Source: the human T2T-CHM13v2.0 reference genome, Homo sapiens
Assembly (NCBI RefSeq): GCF_009914755.1
Contig: NC_060927.1
DNA length: 64,000 nucleotides
Strand: one strand, 5' to 3'
In this document: piece by piece, positions 39,390 to 53,339 of the stretch
Layout: every line of letters starts with the position of its first letter
Numbering within the stretch: position 1 is the stretch's first letter
Notes under the pieces: generated by a model
Seen by the model: the letters and a program-made list of their open reading frames with translations, nothing else
Database searches by the model: none
Told to the model about the DNA's origin: nothing
Made by a program: the position numbers and the translations under genes

Positions 39390-39700
39390 ACAAGTGCTAG
39401 AACTGAGAAGAGAACAGTAAGGAATGCTGAGCACTTAAGCATTTGACATTAAAGAATGTAGTTCACCAAAAAGACTAAGCAGAAACATCAGTTTAAAAAG
39501 CAAGAAGGTGTGTCAGAAAAATCAGAGGGGTTATTTTCCCTTAAGGGAGAGAAAGTGGTCAACAGTATCAAAATTCAATGAGATCAAGTAATTTATAAAC
39601 TGAAAAAATATATCTGACTTTGTCAGTTGAGTAATCAACATGTGAGTAACTAAATGTTCTTGTTGAAAACAACTTCAGTGGGCAAATCCAAACCAAAGTG
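39390..39700 (-). mobile_element. L2 remnant
   Basis: agtggtcaacagtatcaaaatt...gagatcaagtaa...actgaaaa, L2-like. Confidence 0.55.
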
Positions 39701-42700
39701 TTCGGGATGGGGACCAACATTTTAGACATTTAGTGTCTGGCCTAGTAAAGAGGCAGAGCAATGCTAGCTCTCAACCTTTGTGGGTAAACTACTTAATTCC
39801 CTACGGCCCCCAAATGACTGAATAAATGGCTAAAGGTTTTGCTTATATGCAAAATGGTCCTGATAATATGATCTGAAAGGATGTTTATTTGTATTTGTAA
39901 AGTAGGTAACTTAATGTTGAGTATATTGATAAAATGTCTCACGTGCCCATGTAAAATAACTTACATCAGATGAATGAATTTCACATTTATTATTGAAAAT
40001 TGCTTTTTATAAAAATACCTTTAAGGTATTATCATTTTCTGTAAAATTTATTATTTATAGATAATACAGTGTGGTAACACATACTCCACTTCACTAATAA
40101 AATGGTTTTTGTATTCTTTAATTCTCATGAATTAAATCCACAATAAATCATTAATACATGTTGTGTGAGCAAATGAATATCTTTTAATAAGGAGAAGCTT
40201 GATTGGAGGCCCTTCCTTCCTCTGTCATTCCTTCCTTCCTTTTTTATATAATTTCTTTATCTTAAAGAAACTCTCAATCTACTATTTTTGGAAAATATAT
40301 ATCAAAAGGGTAAAACTTTACATAGTCCCAGAAAAGGTATGCCTTTTTTTTTTTTTTAGAAATGTAGCTAACTGAATTACTCTCAGGAGGTTTTAATTTC
40401 TCCATCTCAAGGCTCAAGGAATGTAAATGGAGATTATATTACCAATTGGTTACTTGTAATTAAAAAAAAAACTGTCATCTAGAGATTTTTTTCCAATCCT
40501 CAGGCAGTATTGGATGTGAATATGACGAAAGTAATGTACTAAAAGATTAGGCTAATATAAACCAGTATACACTGAAATCTCCCAAGAGAATTCCAAAGCA
40601 CTATCAGAATATTCTCACATTGTCATCTTAATATCAAATAATATTTAAATAAACATTTAAATATTACTATTTTAATTTTACAAAAATGCTTTCAAATAAT
40701 GATATGAATATTGAATTTTATAGATGGTTTTTTAAGTATGCTAAACTGACTAATTTAACTACTGTTAAATAAAGAATCTAATAGCCATAGCTAATATTCT
40801 TAATGTCTTAGTTTTCAAAGAAAGATCAGAAGTAATTTAGTTTAATTTGACTCTACTCCTTTGTATACTTAAAATTCTAGCCATAAATAATAACCAAGGA
40901 TAGATCATCAATAAATAGATGAATAAATATATCATAGATATAGAAAGAGATAGGCCATAACATTTTTCCAAAATACTCTTAAGCTTGTCACAGTTAAATG
41001 GATGCCCAGAACTCTATTATAGACATATGCAGTAAAAAGTATAGTTGAACCTAGTAGTTGTAGAACTTAAGATAAAAATATTTACACAATGTAACATTTT
41101 TAAAGAATAAACCCTACATTTATTATTAGAAAGCATGCACAGGTTCACAAATAACACTGTGATCTTGGCTACCAAAAAGCAATTTGGTAATATTGTTGTC
41201 CATATTTTAGGATTTATTAATACGTATCTATAATAGCTTCTGTAGCTGTAAAAACTCTAGCTAAAAATCAAATTCCATCTCTACTGTTTCATTAAAGTTA
41301 AGTAATATGAATGTGTGTTAATGTGCTAGTAGATTCTAGTCATCTTATAATTATTAGCTATAAATGTATAAAGCTTGTCTTATAGTGATTTTGTAAGAAA
41401 TATATTTAATCATTTTAGATATCTCTTCTATTTTTTGAAAGTTTTATACAATAATCTATAAATACATAGGTTAATTTCCAGAAATTTTTTCCTCCATTGA
41501 AATATTCCATACATTTTCAGCTCCCCTAAAGGAATTATTAAATCTTTACTGAATAGACATTTACACAAATTGTTTAGAAATGTATTTTATCTATAGATAT
41601 AATGTTCATTTTCATGATGGAGAATCAAATAACAAACCAAAAATAGAACAACAGATACAGTGGACGTTATTAATAAGGACCTTGCTTTCAGCAAAATAAC
41701 TTCAAATACTACAAACTGCAGCCTTGGGACTGTAGACAAAAGGGCACCCATATTTAGAGAACCATTGATTTGAAACATGTCACTCTTTAAACTTTGAAAA
41801 ATAGTTTGAAGGTGATCACTTTCTCAGGATTAAGCTATCCTCACCCTTAGAAGGTAAGATTTAACTTTATAGAAAACAATATATAAGGAAATGTAGCAGG
41901 TGGAAGGTTGTACTATCTTCTCAAAATAGCTGATTTCCTTACTGCCATACAAAAAAAGGGTCTATCAAAACTAAGTAATAAAGGGATTGGATCATAGAGT
42001 TATAAAAATGTATTTTATAGCTAGCTATCAAATTTTAGCTATATGTATTTATATTAATAATATAACAAATAATAAATAATACTAATAATTGATGTTTTAA
42101 ATAATCTTTTAAAATCTATTTTAGATTGTCTTGTCAAGTATTTTGTTGTCATGTTCCATTTCATAAAGGTACAATGTACCCCTTTCAATACTTTTCTTCC
42201 CCAATATCACCTACTCTTACATTATTATTCAAAATAATATGGGTTTCATTTGTGTTTTTATGGTAATAATTTACTGTAAAACCCCATAATTCATACAGTG
42301 TAATATTTTGTGTATGCATATGTTACTTGAAATTATATCCTTGTGCAATCAGCTTTCTCAAGAAGCAGTATTTGAGCATTGGAGAATGTCATCTAGAATT
42401 TATGAGGAAGGCCACAGTTTAGCAGTTAGTACTACAAGCATTTCAGCTTTCTTTAATTTTGATTAACATGAGATGATTTGTTAATTAGCTTAGTGAATGT
42501 AATGTGTGAGTATTGGTATAATTAAAATTAATGGATTATTATTATCAATATTATAAATGACTAATCATTGTTGAAATGAAGAGTTTTCATAATATGTGGA
42601 TTGGTTGGCCAGAAAGTTTTTGAGGTGATACAAATTTTTACAAATGTGAAATAAGAATCTAGCCAAGCCGATAACCTTTATCTTTCAGAATGGCGTCCAA

Positions 42701-44269
42701 GTTTTACATTCTAATTATGATTTAATTTTTGTTACTTTTGGCTACCACCGTGGCTCAGCAAGCTTTACTTCCTCAATGGTCTTGTGTTCAGTATGGCCTT
42801 TCACTTGAAGTACTTCTTGTTTCTTAGCGATATCTATGGGATCAATAGTCCCTTGTGTCTGCTCTATCAGTGCTTTTTCCTTGGGAAACCCTTTCATGCC
42901 AGATGTATTTAGAGCACTTAAAAGGTGAGACATTGGGGGCTTCAAGAAGCACACAAACTATATTGTATGAGCTGTTGTGTACCTTCCTTGGAAATAAGAT
43001 TTTTAAAAATACATGCATGATTTGCAAAAATTGTTCTGAAACTTGTTTTTGTAATGAACATGATACCCTGTTGTAGGTGCAGTTGCTAGCCTTCTCCAGC
43101 TTTACACATAACCATGCTGTTGAGTACATCAAATGGAAATGGATAAGAAAAAATACCAGGCAACTATGGCTAGTTTATTCTTCTAAATAAAGATTCACTT
43201 GGTAATTTAAATATGCCAATGAGGAAAATGTAAAATTCATTTATATAATAATTCAGTTTTAGAGTAATTTTATTAAAACTTGTGATAAACTTTATTTTAT
43301 ATGAAAAGTAATTATGTTAGTTGTGCAATTTCAAGAGAAAAGTCAGGAAATTTCCACTTTTCTATATAGAAGATAATTTACCATTTAAAAATATTAATAT
43401 CATTGTGGATTTAAATTGTTTTCATTCTGACATTACTTAAATGTGAAAAAAACTATAATCATTATATCCTATTTAGGCTTATATCTCTTATATAATAAAG
43501 AGATCATAAAATTGATAGAAATTTTTGACCACAAATAATTAAATGTTAATGAATTTTATCATTAAAATTTTATATGACTATTAATGGAATCACCTGTCTA
43601 AATCATTATTTCATAATAATAAATATATGCATTTACACTTTTATTTTTAATTAGTTTTTATGTTTTTAACTATCATGAGAAACCATCTCTTGGGTCTCTA
43701 TTTTTTTAGGTTACTATTACTTTCCCACCTTAAAACATATATTATAAATCTTGATCTATTTTGCAACTAGTATGCCAAATTATAAAAAAATTATGTATAT
43801 ATTTGCATTTAAGTATAATATAGATATTCCAATTTTCTTCATTATATATTTACAATGGCATAATGACATAAATGTTAGGAAGTATCATGACAATTTTGAA
43901 ATAGATTTAAAGACAGATTCATTTATAATTTAACAATATAACCTAATTAATGCCTTCTGTATATTGACATCATTATTTCTTCTTGAAAAACATTCAACAT
44001 CATTATTTCTTCTTGAAAGAACCAAATTGAGAAGTCCCATTATCTCATGAGACTTATAGTTCAATGGGTGAGGGAAACAATGAACATTAAAGACATTGCT
44101 GCCTAGTATATTTATACACACTGATAGCTGACATTAGTAAATAATTCATGTATTTGCAGTGCAAATATAGGACTGACTACTACATGGACTCACATAACTT
44201 GTGCAATCAACAGTATGATTTTTATCAACATCCCAAAAAATTATTTGACCCTTAAAATACATGATTTAT

Positions 44270-44592
44270 GGCCTGGCACAGTGGCTCACGCCTGTAATCC
44301 CAGCAATTTGGGAGGCCGAGGCGGGCAGATCACTTGAGGTCAGGAGTTTGAGACCAGCCTGGCCGACATGATGAAACCCCTTCTCTACTAAAAATACAAA
44401 AATTAGCTGGGTGTGGTCTCAGGTGCCTGTAATCCCAGCTACTGAGGAGGCTGAGGCAGGAGAATAATTGGAACCTGAGAGCTGAAGGTTGCAGTGAACT
44501 GAGATTATACCACTACACTCCAGACTGGGTGATAGAGCAAGACTCCATCTCAAAAATAAATAAATAAATAAATAAATAAACAAACAAACAAA
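44270..44592 (+). mobile_element. Alu (AluSx/Sz-type)
   Basis: Full Alu with (TAAA)n(CAAA)n tail; TSD core tgatttat. Confidence 0.96.
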
Positions 44593-45753
44593 GTGATTTA
44601 TTCTCTAAATCCACTTATTATTTCATCCTAATTCTTCTCAACATATAATTTTCCTGAGGTCAAATCAAATTGTCAATTAAAAACAAATTAAGAAAATTGT
44701 GTCTTCTACTGAAATATCTCTTAAGTGAAAGTAATCACTGCACAAGAGGAGAATTTCTTTATAACTCACAAAAGCATTCACCAGAAGCCTAGTGGCAGAT
44801 GACCTATGGTTGTCCTTCTGACAAAGGATATGACTTCCTAAACGCTGTTGGGCATGCTTACCAGCTTGTTGAATGTTAATGGATGTCAATTTAGAGTAGT
44901 GGCTGCATGAATAAAATAGTAACTCAGAAAACATTTTTGGGAATCTACATTTTATAGAAGCATTTGATTTTAATATAGTATCCTACATAATTGAGCAAAT
45001 AAATGTTTATTTTAGACTACACTTAAAAAGAAAAGAATTTCCTTGAAACTTGAGAATACCTAATTGGACCCCAGTTTGAAGTAACTATTTTCAGAAGTAA
45101 AATACCTTAAATATAATTTTATTGTGACTTGTTTGCAAAACATGAGGAGACATCTTATCTTAATTGTAGAATCTTTACTTTGAAGAAATCATTTTATGTC
45201 TTAATTTTACTTTTGGCATACTAAGAAAATGTATTTTTTTGTCATTTTTGTGCAAGTGGTATTATCAAAGAAAAAGAAAAAATATATTAAAGAAAATGTC
45301 TGTTACATGATGTGTTACTTTTCATAAAGCAGAAAATCAGCTACATTGTAAATTAACATCCTTCTGATTTTTAAATCTGATTTTGATCTCACTCTCAGAT
45401 GTATCAAGGGAAATTTTGCTGAGTACAACCAGTAAAACCAATAGCAAAGGGTTCCTTTTAGGTTTGCTGCTTGTCAACAACCAGGAATATTGTTGCATGT
45501 CTACTTCATGAATAACTCTTTGGCTCTTTTTACTTACATACTAGATGCTGGTTTCTTTTCATCTTACTTTCTATTTAACTTGATTCTTTCAACTTTATCG
45601 ACCAAATAAGTAACACTATACTCATAACTTCTAAAATGTAAAAAAAAAAACTGATTTTTTATATGCTGTTAATTTGGGATATGAGAGATGATAGAAAATG
45701 AATTTTTGGGCATTTGTGTATATGGAATAAGATGATGTTTAAAATATGATAAC

Positions 45754-46234
45754 TGCATTAGTTATGAGTTTTTAAGAGAAACAGAACAGAGAAACAGGAT
45801 ATACACATGTATTTGTGGTTGGGTGTCAGGAGTGTTGGCGGGGTGGGGAGAGAGAGAGAGAGAGAGAGACAGAGAGAGACTTATGTTAGGAGATTTGTTG
45901 GCTCATGTGATTGTGAGGACTAGAAGGTCTGAAATCTTCCCAATAGGTGGTAGGCTGGACATTCTGGCAAGAGTTGATGTTGTAGTCTTGAGTTGAAGGC
46001 CGAGAAGTCCATGTAGAATTTCTCTGTTGAAGTGTAGAGACAAAATTATTTCCCTCTTGAGGGAAGTGTCTTTTCTCTTAAGGCCTCAATTGTTTGGATG
46101 AAGCTCACTCATATTATATGATTAAATATGAATCACATCTAAAAATTATCTCCACAACAAAACCTAGATTGCCGTTTGACCAGAAACTGGGGACCAAGGT
46201 CTAACAAAGTTGACACATAAAATTAACCAACACA
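45754..46234 (-). mobile_element. MLT2 (C/D-like) LTR of an ERVL provirus
   Basis: gagaaacagaac...ttggctcatgtgattgtg...aagttgacacataaaattaaccaacaca. Confidence 0.88.
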
Positions 46235-47048
46235 GTGTACCCTTTGTGAACTTGGTACCCATACATATCTCCTTAAACCATATTTCATCTCAAAGTAAAG
46301 ACAATTAAGGACAAGGTTATCCTCAGCCTAACATGATACAATTATCCTGTGTACAACTTAAAACACACTATCCCATTTCCCAAAAGAAGATGCAAAGTTC
46401 TTGGGTAAAACATCCATCATAAGGAAGAAATGCTAATAACAATCATAGTCCTTGTTTCTGCAACTGGTCATTGTGGCCATAGCTGGTATTTGTAGCTACC
46501 TTCTTTATCTTCTTCCAGTACACATTCTATATTCTCTTTGCCCTCAGCAAGTACCTTAGCTGCTCCTGGTTCTTTATCTGGCAGAGTGATTGAAAACACA
46601 CTAATCCCTTCCTGAAAGCCTTCAACTCAAGACTGCAACATTAACTCCTGACAGAATTTCCAGCCTGTCACCTACCGGGAAGACTTCAGACTTGTGTAGA
46701 TTATATTTGTTAATTTTATACGTCAACTTTGTTAGACTATGGACCCCAATATATGGTCAAACAGCAATCTAGTGTGAAGATGAGTGTATATAGAAAGAAA
46801 ACATCTTTGATTTCTTCCCTCTCTCCTCCTAATCATAGAATTGTGAGGTTTACACTTCTTCTGATATCTTACAACTTAAATACTATGATGTAAAATTAAC
46901 AATACTTAAATACTAACATAATGCCAATATTTCTCATATTACATGACAAAAAATAAGAGATGAATGAAACCAGATACATTTGCTTAATATATGCCTATAT
47001 ATACACATACATATTCATAACAAAATTTGGAGAAAATACTCATGACTA

Positions 47049-47166
47049 TTGCAGTCCTTGTTTCTGTGACGGGTCATGTGGTCATATGTATAACTACCTT
47101 CTTCTACTTGCAGTCCTTGTTTCTGTGACGGGTCATGTGGTCATATGTATAACTACCTTCTTCTAC
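47049..47166. repeat. Perfect two-copy 59-bp tandem duplication
   Basis: 47049-47107 is identical to 47108-47166. Confidence 0.96.
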
Positions 47167-47842
47167 TACCCATTTTGTAATCCTTTTGCCTTCAGCAAGC
47201 ACCTTGGCTGGTCATGACTTTTTACCTGATGGGGTGACCCAAACCTTCACTCTTGAAGAATCTGTGCTATTAGTTGTCGTATCTTGGACTGTTACAGTTT
47301 TCCATTAATTTTAATCATGGGGCTTCATAGTACCCAGAGATACTATTAGGGATCTCCTGTATTCAGACATACTCTTCCTTATCTTCATTGTGAACCAGCA
47401 ATTCACTTCCCCTTGGTACTACAACTAGTACAGCACCTCCTTATGTTTTTTTTAATGAGGATCCCAAAGTGGCTAGCAGCAATCTTAACTTCTAATTCAA
47501 TGTAATAATTGTTGCATCTTTTGATGAAAGTATTTCTTCTTTTAGAACTATGTTTCTAGGCCAGTCCTCTGCTGGCCTAGAGGACTTCATTCTAAAAGGA
47601 GAAATACTTTGTAGGAACAGAAAGCAAGACTTTTGCTATAGGATCTCTAGAGGTAATAGCAAGTGTTACAACTCCCATTTCCAGTACTTGATTCTTGGAC
47701 CATAAGTTCCGGCTATGGGAGAAACAGCACCACACACTGAATACTTATTTAGAGTATAGATAAATGATAGATAACTGTTTCATCCCTGAAAGTTACTGCC
47801 ACCTACCTTGTGTGGTAACTTAGTCTTCAAAAGGCCATTTGA

Positions 47843-48149
47843 GGCTGGGTGCAGTGGCTCCACCTGCAATTCCAGCACTTTGGGAGGCCGAGGGAGGCGG
47901 ATCACCTGAGGTCAGGAGTTTGTGACCAGCCTGGCCAACATGATGAAACCCTGTCTGTACTAAAAACACAAAAATTAGCCGGGCGTGGTGGCAGGTGCCT
48001 GTAATCCCAGCTCTCAGCAGGCTGAGGCAAGAGAATCACTTGAACCCAGAAGGCGGAGGTTGCAGTGAGCTGAGATTGTGCCATTTCACTCCAGCCTGGG
48101 CAACAAGAGTGAAACTCCATCTCAAAAAAAAAAAAAAAAAAAAAAAAAA
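47843..48149 (+). mobile_element. Alu (AluSq/Sx-type)
   Basis: Full Alu with long pure poly-A; TSD core gccatttga. Confidence 0.96.
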
Positions 48150-49040
48150 GCCATTTGACACATACATCTTCCCAGGACCTTTTTTGTTTTGTTTGTTTTT
48201 GTTTTCATTGATTTTCAAACTATTTTCCTTACAAATTCCTGGTCTTTCGGTAAACCATTGGCCACAGCCCTTGTACTGCTATATAATCACATATGTGGCT
48301 ATTTTTCTTTCCAAGCAAAATAAACAACCAAATACATTTACCAATTTTTAGGGTTGTGCAGAAAAACACCCAATTCTACAACTTGCCCTTTCTTGTAGTA
48401 CCTACATTTTGCACAGAACCTTCTGTGAACTAGGCGTGAGTTTATCTTCCTCTGTCAACTGATAGTAGGGAACTTCCCTTAATGTTGCAGGGACAGGATA
48501 GGAGAAAAACATCAGTGTAGCAGGAGTGAGAGCCATACACATTTGGACTACTTCATGTAACTTGCTTGTGCCTTCGGGGCCTGCTCAAACCTGATCTCAT
48601 ATTTATCTTTTACATTCAATGATAGAGTGCTGCTGTGCACACCCAACTTAGTGGCTTTTTGGGTCAGATAACACACAGTTAATAATGGGCAGCTCAGCTC
48701 ACATGATAACTTGATGGTCCATGGTTAAGGGTTCAGACTCTACTAAATCATAGTAGTGAGGAAAAAGCTCTTCTCAAAAGCGAAAGAGTTTTCTGCACAG
48801 GAAAGCAGGGATATGCTTCAATATTCTAAGGGAATACCTGTGGTTCACTTATAGCTGCCTGCCAAAAACTCCAAACAGCATCTCTGTCTGCCATTAAAAT
48901 TTCAAGAATCCGTTGATCTACTGGACCATATTGCCAAAGTGGCAGAGCAGTATTTATGAAAGCCAAGATCTATTGCAGAGTCTTCTTTTGTGCTGGGTCT
49001 CACGCAATACTAGCAGCTTTTTGGGTAACTCAGGAAGTAG

Positions 49041-49380
<340 letters not shown>

Positions 49381-50118
49381 AGGAATATGTTTTTGAATCT
49401 TGGCAAAAGGGTCATCCCTATTATAAAATGACAACTTTGTTGAACTATATTCTGTTGGTTGAAAAGTATGTAAGGGACGAACCTGGATGTTTAGCTGAAG
49501 TATATTTTAATAAAAGGGTTGAAAGCAAAGCCTGGTTTCTTCTTGTTTATTATAGCTGAATTCCTGAAAAGGGATGCAATGAAGAAAGAATTTTTAAGCA
49601 AAAAGTAACAAGAACTTGAAGAGTTAACCATTCTCAGCCTATTATCTTGCAAAAAGTAAAGTTATGCTTTAGAGATAATACCAAAGGTATGGCTGGACAA
49701 CATTTTGCTAAAGGGATTTGTTGTGTGAGCATGCATAATCGACCATCTAAGTAGAAATGCTGAAGTTTGGGACTGAAAAGGATGGACAGAGAGGGGAGGA
49801 CATGAAGAAGGGCTGTCAGATTTCTGAAAATCTACAGGCGGGAAATAGGCATACATGGCTATTCGGTCACAAGCACATGTTATCCTTCCAGAAAAGAAAA
49901 GGATGACTCCAAAGATGGTTCAGAGTCTGGGGTGGGAGGGGTTGCTAATGCATTCAAAGGCCTGGAGAATACAGACTCAAAGGATAGGACCATATCTTCC
50001 TAAATTCCAAGGGGCCAGGTTACTTCCTATGGCTGAGTAGCCCTAGTGGGCCCAGAACATGAGGCTACCACCTGGTTGGGCATGGAGAACAGAACATCAG
50101 GCCCAAGAGGGTTGTTCT

Positions 50119-50420
50119 AGAACAAAAAACCAAACACCGCATATTCTCACGCATAGGTGGGAATTGAACAATGAGATCACATGGACACAGGAAGGGGAAT
50201 ATCACACTCTGGGGACTGTGGTGGGGTCGGGGGAGGGGGGAGGGATAGCATTGGGAGATATACCTAATGCTAGATGACACGTTAGTGGGTGCAGCGCACC
50301 AGCATGGCACATGTATACATATGTAACTAACCTGCACAATGTGCACATGTACCCTAAAACTTAAAGTATAATAAAAAAAAAAAAAATTAAAAAAAAAAAA
50401 AAAGAAAAAAAAAATAAATA
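50119..50420 (+). mobile_element. Very young 5'-truncated L1 (ACG/A-type L1HS-like 3'UTR, ~300 bp)
   Basis: Near-consensus 3'UTR; gatgacACGttagtg diagnostic and cttaAagtataat; ~50-nt A-rich tail. Confidence 0.95.
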
Positions 50421-50781
50421 AAGTCTTAATATCTAAAAGAATTTGTCCTGCTAGGTTTTAGATTTGCTTGATGCCCATGACCCCTTTCTTCCTTTCAATT
50501 TCTCCCTTTTGGAATTGGAACATCATCCAATGCCTGTCTTAAGATTGTATTTTTAAGTAGATAATGTGTCTGGATTCACAGATTTTCAGCTGGAAAGAAA
50601 TTTAGCTTCAGGATGAATCATATCTTGAGTCTTACTCACACCTTAAATAGATGATATTTAAATGAGATTATTGGATTTAGAGTTGATATAGAATCAGCAA
50701 TGACTTTTCAGGATGTTGAAATAGGGTGAATCCATTTTGCATGTGAGAAGGATGTATATATTTTAAGGGAAAAGGGAGTGG

Positions 50782-51603
50782 TGTTGTGGGTTGCATGGTG
50801 TTTCCCTATGTTTACTTTTGTGTTGCTAAAATAGAATAACAGAGACTGGGCAATTTATAATGGACATAAATTTATTTATCACAGGTCTGGAGATTGGGAA
50901 GTCCAAGATGAAGACACTAGCGCTGATGAGGGCCTTCTTGCTGTGTCATCTTGTGGTGGAAGGTGGAAGGGCAAAGTGAGGACAAGAAGAATAAAGGGTG
51001 GCAAATTCCCTTTTATATAATGAACCCACTGCTGTGATAATGATATTAATCCATTTACTCTACCCTCATGGCCTAACCCTCTCTGATTAGTCCCCACCTC
51101 CCATTGGGGATTAAGTTTCCAACCTATAATTTTGGGGGAACACACTGCATTGGGGATTAAGTTTCCAACCTATAATGTTGGGGGAACACACTCAAATCAT
51201 AGCACCTCCAACACTTACATGCTAAAGTCCTAAACTCCAGTATTTCCAAATGTGATCGTATTTGGAGATAGGGTTATTGCAAATGTAATTGGTTAAGTTA
51301 AAATGATGTTATTAGAGTGGGTCCCCATTCAATATGACTGGTGTTATTATAAGTAGGGAAATTGGAGTGCACAGACAGACATAAAGAAAAGAGAGACAAC
51401 GTGAAGATGTGGAGAAAGCTGTCTACAAGACAAGAAGAGAGTCTTGGAACAGATTCTTGCCTCACAGTTTTTAGAAGAAACCAACATGGCTGATACCTTG
51501 ATTTCGGGCCTCTGGCTTGTGAAATTTTGAGACAATACATTTCTGTTGTATAAATCACTCACTCTGAGGTACCTTGTTATTGTAGTACTAGCAAATTAAT
51601 CCA
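50782..51603 (+). mobile_element. MLT1A/B-like LTR, split by an MST-like LTR
   Basis: tgttgtgggttgcatggtgtttccc|...|cctccaa...tatttggagatagggt...ctagcaaattaatcca. Confidence 0.85.
50807..51204 (-). mobile_element. MST-like MaLR solo LTR nested in the MLT1 LTR; contains a 46-bp tandem duplication
   Basis: gactgggcaatttataa...gggaagtccaagat...cactcaaatcatagca. Confidence 0.85.
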
Positions 51604-52907
51604 GTGTGTAACATCTTTATATTCATCATATAAAATTTATTTAATTAAAAATTTGGGATATTTTAAATAGCTCACAATTCAATATTTTATTATTCAAGAT
51701 ATTTGATAATTAAGAAAACATTACAAAAATTATAACACAGTAACATCTATTTTACCCATGCTTTCTAGTTTGAGTTTAAATATCAATGAATATTTATAGA
51801 CTATTTCCCCTACTTTCCCACTTACCATATTATTATACTTGAAGAAATTATGTAAAATTAAATGAATATATTATAACAATTTTAAAAGCTCATATTTTGA
51901 GATTAATATATATAATCCTAAAAAATCTCACAAATACATAAATACCTATTGATATGTTCCATTATTACCTAATGACAAATTACTAGAAATTAGCACAAAT
52001 ATTATTCTTTGGATACATATTTTTATATTGCTTTCTCAAAATTTGCACTGGTTACTCCTGATACTAACAATATGACCATGTCATTTTTGACTATTCAGCC
52101 TTGAAAATGTCACTTTAAGAAACCATGTTTGCTTAAACATTTAAAAATTGTTGTTATTGTTTTAATTAACATATGGTTAATTGCTACAAACCCAGGGACA
52201 TTATGATTTTAAAAATATATAGATCAAAATCACTTGATACTTCATGACTAAGCTTACAACTATACAATGAATTTTATTAAGAGAGATTTAATTTTCTCCA
52301 ACACTATACCACCGAAAAATATGTGCATGATCTTGGCGGCAATAAAGCAGAATATATTACACTTTAGGACACATGAATATGTGCTGACTATGTTTGATGA
52401 GGATAAAGAAAATTTTCACTGAGTGAAGAAATACATATTAAAGAATTAATTGCCTAGTGGCTAATCTAAAATAGGTGGATTTGAGGCTGTGTCTATCAGC
52501 TTGATAAAATTATGCCTGCAAAATCAAAACTTAGATTGTGGACCACTAGGGGAAAATTGGGAGAGGCAGTTATTTTAAATGAGATCATGATGTTTTAGCT
52601 TCCTCAGGATTCTTAGAGATATATGAGAGTATTTTATAATATTACATTAAAATTTCTAAACATGGTCATTTGGAACATATTCCAAACATAAATTTAATTT
52701 CGGCCTTCTCTTCCCTCTGGTTCACTGCTTCTAATGGTTATCCTTCCATTCATTTTACCTTGACGTAATCTATTCCTCTCAATGTTATATTCTGATTTAT
52801 AAAACTTAGGAAAATCTCTTAAAGTTTTTGTTTTCCGAGAATGTTTTAAGGAGACAGCAACTTCTGCAGAAAACATGTAAAATACAGTTTAAAAAAAAAA
52901 GAAAAAT

Positions 52908-52908
52908 G

Positions 52909-52954
<46 letters not shown>
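52908..52954. repeat. (TA)n(TG)n compound microsatellite
   Basis: Visible TA run followed by ~17 TG units. Confidence 0.95.
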
Positions 52955-52955
<1 letters not shown>

Positions 52956-53339
52956 CTAAAACCAAACACGAAAGAGAGGATATTAATTTCAATATTTTGC
53001 CACTATTTAAAAATTATCTGCCACACTTGGATCAAAAGGGTGAGAGTAGTTAAGTGACCACCTCACCTGGGACATAGTGTCAATCTTTCCATCGACATCT
53101 GGGGGACAGGGCAGTGAAAGCCTCATTTCTAAGAACTATAACCCTTTTCTCAGCTCTCCTGAGCAACAGCTACCATATGCCCCATACTCCCGTGGGTGTC
53201 CTCAGCACTAGTCTCTCATTTGCTGGTTTTATTAATCTAGCTACATATAGAATTACATGTTGCATACTGCCTCTGTTAGCATTAATTCCTTTTTTAACCC
53301 AAATATCTAATACGTGGACAATGAAACTCACTGGACCAT

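Larger units (their letters stand above)
46235..49005 (-). mobile_element. ERVL internal region (degenerate pol/integrase side), rearranged and interrupted by an Alu
   Basis: Directly abuts the MLT2 LTR; antisense ERVL-like motifs (gcagtccttgtttctg, tcaaaaggccatt, gatagagtgctgctgtgcacaccca). Confidence 0.78.

Noticed and set aside
42742-42954. Protein-looking 70-aa minus-strand ORF (IDPIDIAKKQEVLQVKG...)
   Set aside because: Short, non-ATG annotated start, no recognisable domain and no convincing splice sites; a tBLASTn/PhyloCSF check would be needed
36168-47166. Short direct repeats as a CRISPR-like array
   Set aside because: Only two adjacent copies each, no spacers, eukaryotic context
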